Of a DNA stretch of 32,000 nucleotides, positions 25,301 through 32,000 are shown piece after piece. The notes beneath the pieces were generated by a model. That model searched no databases, had not been told where the DNA came from, and saw only the letters and a list, made by a program, of their open reading frames with translations. How positions within the stretch are numbered: the stretch's first letter is position 1; every line of letters starts with the position of its first letter. The stretch is from Pyrobaculum aerophilum str. IM2 (lineage in GTDB: Archaea; Thermoproteota; Thermoprotei; Thermoproteales; Thermoproteaceae): the NCBI RefSeq assembly GCF_000007225.1, contig NC_003364.1, positions 450,001 through 482,000 of the forward strand, in the 5' to 3' direction. The translations under genes and the position numbers were made by a program.

Positions 25301-27306
25301 CGCTGAAGGAGATACGCGACTGGAACGACAGGCCGCTGGCTAACCAGACTATCGCGTTATTTGACCGCAACGGCAGGTTATACGCTGTGGTATACAGCGA
25401 CAGCTTTGGCAAACTGGTGTACCCGTTGCCCGACATATCTGCAATCGGCCAGACGCCCGTGGTGAGAGTGTCTTGGTACTTCGGCTACTTAGTGGAGTTG
25501 CTGAGAGGGAAGCCCGAGTTCACTATATGGATATACGACCAGCTAATCCAGAGAGATGTAACAGAGCTGGGCGATGCGTCCACTAACAGCAAGATCAGGA
25601 CATACGTCTATCCGCTGACTGTCACTGTTAAAGACGACGCGGGCAGGCCGTTGACGAATATGTACGTAAAGATAGTGGACACGTCGACTATCGGCCAGCT
25701 TGTGAACGCCGCAAATAAGACTGGCGCTGACGGCGGCGCCCAGGTGGTAGATTTGAGGATATCGAAGTATTCAAGCGGAGTGTTGTCGCAAGTGCCCGGA
25801 ACCAGCTACTACTACTACGTATACGATCCCAGCGGCGCTCTCGTGGCAGTTGGGAGGTTTGAAATACAGCGCGGTGCCTCGGTGCCGTCCACTGGCTGGA
25901 ACGTGGTCGCTACCGTGAGATATGCCACCGAAATACCCGTGAAGAACAGCGCGACGAGCGGCTACTTGCTGGTCAAGGGCGTTGAGTTCCTCAATGGCAC
26001 TAAGAAAGACGTCAAGATACCGTTCACTATATCTGGCGGCGTAATGGCTCTACGGGGTAAAGTGCCGATATCAGTTGAGTACCCCGTGGACATATATATA
26101 ACTCACGTGACGCTTGGCGGTCAAGAGGTCCCGGTGAAAGGAGGTCAAGTGCTCGCGTTCAGCGGCAAGACCACAGACCTGCTAGCAGGTCTTGACTTTG
26201 CGGAGCTTGGACTGACCGGCATAGTGACTATTCAAGCGGTTGATTCAACCGGCACTCCCAGATCTGACTGGACGGTGCAGGTGCTGTACGGCAATATAAC
26301 GGCGGCCCAAGGCGCAGGACAGATACAGGTTGTGCTCCCGAGAACAGATATATTAGACATACCTTACACAGTAAAGGTAATTACTAACGCCATGACGCCA
26401 GACGGTAAGGCTTTGATCAAGACGCAGACTTTAGAATTGAAGCAGAAGGCAATGGCGTTGCAAATACCGGTCTCAACAGTTAAGGCTGTGGTTCAAGTAG
26501 TTGACGGCTTTGGTAACGTGAGAAACGACTGGCCCGTCGCGATCGAAAATGTGGCTACCGGAATGGGCCAGATTACTACTGAGCTGGTGGAGGGCGAGAG
26601 GTATGTGGTTAGGGGATCTGGCCTTGGCTTCACTAACACCACTGCTGTGGTGGCCACGGGCCCGCAGTTGGTGGTGAGGGTTGTGATCCCCACTGGCAAG
26701 ATCGTGGCGCAAGTCGTTGACGGCTTTGGCAATGTGAGAAACGACTGGACTGTGCAAATTGTCGGCGTTGCCAGCGGCCAGGGCACTGTCGGCCCTGTTG
26801 AAGTGCTCGCCGGGCAGTACACAGTAAAGACCACAGTATTCGGCAACGACTTCACCCACACAGTAAACGTAGGCGTAGGCCAGACAGCCCAGGCGCAAAT
26901 ACAAGTGCCGACGGCCAAACTCAGCATAACCGCCGTAGACGACGACAAAAAGCCCATTGACCAATACGTGGCTCAAGTGGACATAACCGGGCCTTTGACG
27001 CTTTCCTACTCCACCGCCCCGAAGAATATCGAAGTGCTTGCCGGCACCTACACAGTTAAGGTGACCGCGCTGGGCAAAGACGCCACCGCCCAAGTGTCTC
27101 TGAACGCCGGCGAGGTGAAGAATATACAAGTCGTCGTTCCGGGCACCGCTGGTCTGGACTTCCTCGGCACTAGAATTCCGTTGCCAACGCTGGTGCTATA
27201 CGCCCTGTTACTGCTGGTGGTTGTTGTGATACTGGCGATATTGATAATTGAGTACAACAACTGGAGGAGGAGGCGCTTGATGCAGATTTTAGCGCCGCCC
27301 AAGTAA
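19327..27306 (+). CDS. Giant (2659 aa) surface glycoprotein-like protein with a C-terminal stalk, TM anchor and basic tail; candidate S-layer or pillar protein
   Basis: A single uninterrupted ORF. The signal peptide is [29 protein letters not shown] counted about 50 N-x-S/T sequons by hand. CarboxypepD_reg-like segments are scattered through it, with four tandem copies at the C-terminus. It ends in a TM helix followed by [18 protein letters not shown]. Confidence 0.9.
26218..27147 (+). repeat. Four tandem ~73-87-aa beta-sandwich (CarboxypepD_reg-like) repeats forming the membrane-proximal stalk
   Basis: Unit boundaries are 26218-26478, 26479-26697, 26698-26916 and 26917-27147. The shared pattern is x-V-x-x-V-D-x-x-G-x-x-x-x-D/N-W-x-V..L-x-x-G-x-Y-x-V-K..I-x-V-P. 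Units 2 and 3 share a 33-nt stretch with 31/33 identity (26500-26532 vs 26716-26748). Confidence 0.8.
27181..27249 (+). other. C-terminal transmembrane anchor of the giant protein
   Basis: Codons read directly as [23 protein letters not shown], followed by EYNNWRRRR. Confidence 0.85.
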
Positions 27307-27314
27307 GCCCCACC

Positions 27315-27363
27315 TTTTTTCCGTATTACACCCCAACTTTTTTAACTCCCCTCTTTCTTTTTT
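27315..27363 (+). terminator. Three oligo-T tracts (T6 at 27315-27320, 27338-27343, 27358-27363) downstream of the giant gene
   Basis: Archaeal intrinsic termination uses oligo-T runs. These three T6 tracts fall in the 59-bp gap right after the stop codon. The middle tract may also be part of the next gene's TATA. Confidence 0.5.
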
Positions 27364-27365
27364 CC

Positions 27366-27959
27366 ATGTTGGGGCATGATCTCGTGTCTCACGTTAGGTC
27401 TGCTATGTTGAATAAGCTCAGGGGCTTGCCCGTGCCCGAGTCTCACCCAGTTCTTTCCCAGCTCCGGGCAGGCGTTTTTGTAACTGTGGAGTCTATAGTG
27501 AGGTCTGGGGGCTACGAGAGGCGCGAAGTGAGGGGCTCTCTGGGGATTGTCGAGCCTTTTAAAGATTTGGCTTTTGACTCGGCTAAAGTGGCCGCTAAGC
27601 TGGCCCTTTCCATCCCCAGGTTCACGGAGTTTGACCTCAGGCGGTCTGTTATTGAAGTTACTCTGGTGGAGGGGCTTAGGGAGTGGGGCGGGGATTTGGG
27701 GAGTTTTGAGTGGGGCCGCGAGGGCGTTTATGTAATAGCTGGGAATAAGAAATTAGTAGTGCTTCCCCAAACTATGATTGAGCGCCGCCTATTAGGCCCT
27801 GCCCTGTTGCGGTATATAGAGTCTATGGTCGGCGCGCCGGAGAGGATGTATAAATTCGCAACTCGAATATTCTACGAGCTAAGGCCTGAGGGGGAGGTCA
27901 TCGAACGGGAGCTCTGGAAGTCCCGCGTTATTAGGCAATACCTAGAAGTTGTGCGTTAA
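27366..27959 (+). CDS. AMMECR1-domain protein (AmmeMemoRadiSam system protein A family), divergent motif
   Basis: 197 aa. The AMMECR1 layout is visible as GVFVTV..VRGSLG..PRF..IEVTLV..GVYV..LPQT. The usual RGCIG Cys is Ser here (TCT at 27537-27539). Confidence 0.8.
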
Positions 27960-27988
27960 GCTTATATACACGCGCGCCCTCATTTTCA

Positions 27989-28780
27989 ATGTACATAGAA
28001 TTATTCGTGGTGGCCGGCCAGAACACAGACCTTGAAAATTCTCTGAAAAAAGTGGTAGAGGATCTCAGGGGGCAAGTGCAGAGGCCCGACAAGATTAGGC
28101 TGGCCACGGTGAAGATTAGGCCTGACGCCGTTGATCAAGTATTGCGGCTTGTGGCAGAGCCTCCTGACAAAGTCCCGCCTCATTATAGGTCTTTAGTGAA
28201 TATGTTGAAAAAATACGGCATTTCGAAATTCCCGGCGGTTGTAGTTGACGGCGTTAAAGTGGGAGAGGGCAGCGTTCAAGTTGAGGACGTTTTGCGCGCT
28301 GTTCAAGAAAGGGCGCGCGCCGAATTCCCCGAGTTGTCGACGCTGGAATTAGTGCCGCCTAAGCCGGTTCCCTCTCCGGTTCAACCTGTGGCCGTTGAGC
28401 CGGCGCCTCCGCTTGAGGTTAGGCCAGTGGCGCCGCCCGAGCCCCCCAAGCCGTTAACGCCTCCCGCCGTACCCCCGCCGCCTGAGGTGAGGCCGGTAGA
28501 GCCTCCTAAGCCCTTAATACAACCGCCTCCTGAGGTAAAACCGGCGGAGCCTCCAAAGCCCGTAATGCCAATTGCGCCTCCTCCGCCTCCCCCGCCAGCT
28601 CCTCCGCCCCCTATCTCTCGGCCTTTCACTGCTGTTGTTAGGCTCGTGTTGGGGAGGCCTGATAATTGTTCTGAGTGCGCCTACTACGGCCAGTTAACTT
28701 CCCGCTGTTTCTTATTCGGCTTTGCCGTGGCGAGTCCGGCCTCGCCGCCTTGTAAACAATATGTTAGAGGTGGAGGTTAA
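27989..28780 (+). CDS. Uncharacterised protein: alpha/beta N-domain, proline-rich repeat linker, C-terminal 4-Cys cluster
   Basis: 263 aa. A TATA-like gcttatataca lies about 25 nt upstream. Residues ~122-211 are Pro-rich, with three PPxEV[RK]P[VA]..EPPKP units. The C-terminus has CSEC-x9-C-x14-C. Confidence 0.7.
   Translation: MYIELFVVAGQNTDLENSLKKVVEDLRGQVQRPDKIRLATVKIRPDAVDQVLRLVAEPPDKVPPHYRSLVNMLKKYGISKFPAVVVDGVKVGEGSVQVEDVLRAVQERARAEFPELSTLELVPPKPVPSPVQPVAVEPAPPLEVRPVAPPEPPKPLTPPAVPPPPEVRPVEPPKPLIQPPPEVKPAEPPKPVMPIAPPPPPPPAPPPPISRPFTAVVRLVLGRPDNCSECAYYGQLTSRCFLFGFAVASPASPPCKQYVRGGG
28403..28570 (+). repeat. Three tandem 16-24-codon proline-rich repeat units
   Basis: The units are APPLEVRPVAPPEPPKPLTPPAVP / PPPEVRPVEPPKPLIQ / PPPEVKPAEPPKPVMP. 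The repeat is also visible at the DNA level (cctgaggt[ga]a[ga][ga]ccgg..gagcctcc[ta]aagccc). Confidence 0.8.
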
Positions 28781-29291
28781 GTACCGGGCCGACCTCTCCC
28801 TCGTTAAAAACCGGCTTCAACACCTGGGGTTTTCCCCTGTATCTGTGGTGTATGAAGAGGATGTGTATTTTCAACATCCCTGTAGGGATTTCTCTGCCAC
28901 AGATGAGGCTCTTAGAGTCAGAATTTCTGAGGGGAGGGTCACAGTGACTTATAAAGGCCCCAGGATGGGGGCTGGGGCTAAGACGCGGCTGGAGGTGTCG
29001 GCGCAGGCCAGCGGGGAGGTTGTGGAGCTTCTCAACAGGCTTGGCTTTAAGGCAGTTGCCGTTATAAAAAAGCGCCGTGAGTATTACCGCAACGGCGACG
29101 TTTTACTCTCTTTAGATTACGTAGAGGGGCTGGGGGAGTTTGTGGAGATTGAGAAAATGGTAGAGGAGGAGTCTCAAATTGCGTCGGCTATTGAGGAGAT
29201 TAGAAGACTGGCCTCTACCTTGGGCTTAGCCGAGGAGGTGCGGGAGACTTATTTAGAGTTATATTTCAATACTTTTAAATCGAGTGGGTAG
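28761..29291 (+). CDS. CYTH-domain protein (CyaB-like triphosphate tunnel metalloenzyme)
   Basis: Starting at ATG 28761 gives MLEVEVKY.. with the CYTH ExExK signature at the N-terminus. ..ALRVR.., ..TYKGP.. and ..GEFVEIE.. follow. The track start at 28722 adds an Arg-rich extension that overlaps the previous gene further. Confidence 0.8.
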   Translation: MLEVEVKYRADLSLVKNRLQHLGFSPVSVVYEEDVYFQHPCRDFSATDEALRVRISEGRVTVTYKGPRMGAGAKTRLEVSAQASGEVVELLNRLGFKAVAVIKKRREYYRNGDVLLSLDYVEGLGEFVEIEKMVEEESQIASAIEEIRRLASTLGLAEEVRETYLELYFNTFKSSG

Positions 29292-29298
29292 TATATAC

Positions 29299-31053
29299 GT
29301 GCAGTTTGGGGAGTTAGTTAAGGCACTTGCGGCAATTGAGGCCACCACTCAGAGGACAACAATGGTCAAGTTGCTCGTCTCGCTTTTTAAAAAGGCGTCT
29401 CCAGAGGAGGTCGGGAAAATTGTGTACTTCATCCTCGGCGATTTGAGGCCTCCTTGGGAGGGGGTTGAGTTGGGGGTTGCTGAGAAGCTCTGTTTGAGGG
29501 CGGTTTCTAAGGCCACGGGGGCGGCCGTATCCGAGCTGGAGGCTTTGTATAAGAAAACGGGCGACGTGGGCGAGGCGGCGCGTCGCGCCTTGGCCGCGTC
29601 TAAACGCCCTGGTTTACTGGCCTTTGGCTCTCAAAAGCCGCTTGAGGTGTCTGAAGTTTACGACACGTTGTTAAAAGTGGCCAGGGCAACGGGGGAGGGG
29701 GCTCAAGATATGAAAGTGGCTTTGCTGTCCTCTCTCTTTGCCAGGGCGACTCCAGAGGAGGGGAAGTACATTGCCAGATTTGTTGTGGGGAAGTTGAGGC
29801 TGGGCGTCGCCGACATGACTATTATTGAGGCGCTTTCAGACGCCTACGGAGTTAATAAGGAGGCTTTAGAAAAGGCGTATCACATATACCCCGACTTAGG
29901 CCGGCTGGCTAAACACGTCGCCGAGGGCAAGCCGCTTGACGAAATAAGAATTACTCCCGGCGTGCCGGTGCTTCCCATGTTGGCGCAGAGGCTGTCTTCC
30001 GCCTCTGAGATTTTGGCTAAGCTGGGCGGCTCGGCGATTTGCGAGTATAAATACGACGGAGAGAGGGCCCAGATACACCTCACTCCAGGCGGCGTGAAAA
30101 TATTCAGCAGGAGGCTTGAGGACATCACCCACGCCTATCCCGATGTTGTCAAGGCGGTTAAAGAGGCTGTGTCCGCAAAGGAGGCGATTTTAGAGGGGGA
30201 GATAGTGGCTGTTGATCCCGATACTGGGGACATGTTGCCTTTTCAAGAGCTTATGCATAGGAAGAGGAAACACGATGTGGCAACAGCCGTGGAGCTGTAC
30301 CCCACAGTGTTGTATTTATTTGACGTCTTGTACGTCGACGGCGAGGATTTAACAGAAGAGCCTCTTATATACAGGAGGGTGAGGCTTTCTGAAATTGTCT
30401 GCGAGACTGACAAGGTGTCAATAGCCAAGTGGAGAATTTTTGACAACGCCGAGGCTGTTGACGTCTTTTTCCACGAGTCTGTGTCTATGGGCACTGAGGG
30501 CTTGATATGTAAATCGCCTTCTTCAATTTACGAAATGGGGGCCAGGGGCTGGAACTGGATTAAATACAAGCGGGATTACCGTAGCGAGATGATAGATACA
30601 GTAGACCTCGTTGTAGTAGGCGCCTTCCACGGCAGGGGCAAGAGGGCCGGCCTATACGGCGCCTTTCTCTTGGCGGCATACGATCCTTCCACTGACATGT
30701 TTTATACTGTGTGTAAAGTTGGAAGTGGGTTTACAGACGCCGATTTGAAAAAAATGTACGAGATTTTGCAGCCGTTTAAAATCCCCCACAGACACCCCAG
30801 AGTTGTGTCTAAAATGGAGGCGGATGTGTGGTTCGTGCCCCAGGTAGTTATTGAGGTTATAGGGGCTGAGATTACTCTGTCGCCTCTCCACACTTGCTGT
30901 TTAGGCGCAGTGCGCCCGGGGGTTGGGCTGGCGGTTAGATTCCCCAGATTTACTGGCCGTTATAGATCTGACAAATCCCCAGAGCAAGCAACGACGGTGG
31001 CGGAGATGTTAGAGCTGTACAAGAGGCAGAAAAAAGTGGTTCAGCCCGAGTAG
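29299..31053 (+). CDS. lig: ATP-dependent DNA ligase
   Basis: The adenylation motif is [13 protein letters not shown] (KxDG). The track start is GTG 29284. I prefer GTG 29299 ([10 protein letters not shown].., 584 aa) because the TATA-like ttttaaat (29273-29280) lies about 22 nt upstream of it but only about 7 nt from 29284. Confidence 0.95.
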
Positions 31054-31547
31054 ACTTTTTCAAGAGTCCACCGGAGGACTCTTAGTATTTCCCTCTTCCT
31101 CTCCTCAGTCCTGTAGTTGTATATTTTCAACGCGACTGCCTCGCCCTCGCCGCCTTCTACCTCATATCTCAATACCTCCTCTTGTTTTAAAGCCCCTTGT
31201 CTCGCCTCCCGCATGTCTTCATCTCTGTACTTCTGGAGGAATTTGTCTAGGAAAAACCTCTTGAAAAGCCCGTCTAGCTTCACCGGCTCTTTGAACTTTA
31301 TATACAAGTAGTTGTTGTACACTTCTGCAGTGGCGTATACTTCGCCGCCCCGCCCCCTCACCTCCTCCACGGCCTCAGGCTTGGCCGTCTGTTGCGCCGC
31401 GGCGGCTGTGGTGAAGGACTTCTCTCCAATTGCCTTGTCTAATACTTCTAACATGGCCGTGTAGAGGGAGAGTTCTTGTTGTAATTTCGCGATTTTTTCC
31501 TCCAGTATTTTCCTTAGCTCAAGCAGTTTTTGTACCTCCACGTTCAC
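31041..31547 (-). CDS. Hypothetical protein with an N-terminal coiled-coil
   Basis: 168 aa with a GTG start. Heptad-like N-terminus ([36 protein letters not shown]). I recognise no family. It overlaps the ligase 3' end by 13 nt. Confidence 0.6.
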
Positions 31548-31581
31548 GCCATTATTTTTATATTAAAAATTTTAGAGAGAT
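31548..31581. promoter_or_regulatory. 34-bp divergent promoter, fully AT-rich core (31553-31575)
   Basis: The core reads ttatttttatattaaaaatttta, lying between GTG 31547 (minus strand) and GTG 31582 (plus strand). With a 22-27 nt spacing rule, each gene's TATA must lie in the half nearer the other gene. Confidence 0.5.
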
Positions 31582-32000
31582 GTGATAGTCGCCTCTATTG
31601 GCAATTTAAATTTCGATATCTATCTAAAAGTCTCCGAGTTGCCGGGGCCTGATGAAAACGTTGAAGCTCTTGATTTATATACAGGCGGCGGCGGATCGGC
31701 CGCGAATTTCGCCGTGGCTATTGCTAAAATGGGGCTCAGCGCTAGGTTTATCGGCGCAGTGGGGGAGGACCCGCTGGGGGAGATCTCTCTGAGGGAGTTA
31801 AGGGCTGAGGGAGTGGACGTGTCTTTTGTGAAAAGAGTGAGGGGCGTTAGGTCGGGCGTAGTTGTGGTATTAGTCCACCCAGACGGCGTGAAGAGAATGG
31901 TGTCCTACCGGGGGGCTAACCTAGGCCTCACGCCGGCTGATCTCACAGTGGATAAATTCGCGGGGGTTAAACATATACACTTAGCCACGGGGAGGACTGA
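31582..32000 (+). CDS. PfkB-family carbohydrate kinase (ribokinase-like), 5' part; continues beyond the window
   Basis: My own translation from GTG 31582 reads VIVASIGNLNFDIYLKVSELPGPDENVEALDLYTGGGGSAANFAVAIAKMGLSARFIGAVGEDPLG.., open to the window end. The GG / N-x-A motif is typical of PfkB kinases. The ORF is not in the track because it has no stop. Confidence 0.8.
   Translation, partial: MIVASIGNLNFDIYLKVSELPGPDENVEALDLYTGGGGSAANFAVAIAKMGLSARFIGAVGEDPLGEISLRELRAEGVDVSFVKRVRGVRSGVVVVLVHPDGVKRMVSYRGANLGLTPADLTVDKFAGVKHIHLATGRT

Noticed and set aside
26473-27129. 218-aa and 154-aa minus-strand ORFs antisense to the giant gene's stalk repeats (plus other short antisense ORFs throughout 20268-25265)
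   Set aside because: They are off-frame products of a repeat-rich CDS with biased codon usage. They have no promoter elements or motifs, and the sense frame is uninterrupted for 8 kb.
28381-28629. 82-aa Gly-rich minus-strand ORF
   Set aside because: It is the mirror image of the proline-rich repeat (CCN codons read as NGG on the other strand), so it is an artefact.
1-32000. Search for tRNA, rRNA, CRISPR repeats, transposase/IS ends and integrase genes
   Set aside because: I found no T-arm-like GGTTCGAATCC-type sequences, no regularly spaced direct repeats, and no transposase- or integrase-like ORFs. The only DNA repeats lie inside protein-coding repeat domains.

Overview
This window looks like chromosomal DNA from a hyperthermophilic crenarchaeon, most likely Pyrobaculum (P. 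aerophilum-like). The organism call is inferred from four things: a PaREP1-family gene, TATA-like boxes about 22-28 nt upstream of start codons (leaderless mRNAs), frequent GTG/TTG starts, and very tight or overlapping gene packing. I call about 23 protein genes. I found no rRNA, tRNA, CRISPR array or IS element. The flanks are housekeeping genes: enolase, a ModE-like regulator, MoaA, uS2, a Memo-like protein, pyruvate kinase, aCPSF1, CysRS, an AMMECR1-like protein, a CYTH protein, ATP-dependent DNA ligase and a PfkB kinase. The centre (13759-27306, about 42% of the window) is a divergently transcribed island of three very large, secreted or anchored proteins dense in N-glycosylation sequons. 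They are a 1185-aa protein with an HExxH gluzincin-like head and a C-terminal TM anchor, a 640-aa protein with three CARDB-like repeats, and a 2659-aa giant with a C-terminal stalk of tandem beta-sandwich repeats, a TM anchor and an RRRR tail. This island is my best candidate for an undescribed cell-envelope (S-layer or pillar type) system. Other items worth a second look: an in-frame G14/C14 homopolymer in an archaeal STAND-like ATPase next to a PaREP1 (HEPN-clan) gene; a frame-disrupted Nudix gene; a polytopic Ser/Thr kinase paired with a zinc-ribbon FHA (ArnA-like) protein; a proline-repeat protein chained to the CYTH and ligase genes; perfectly palindromic shared TATA elements in 34-46 bp divergent promoters; and four convergent gene pairs whose 3' ends overlap.
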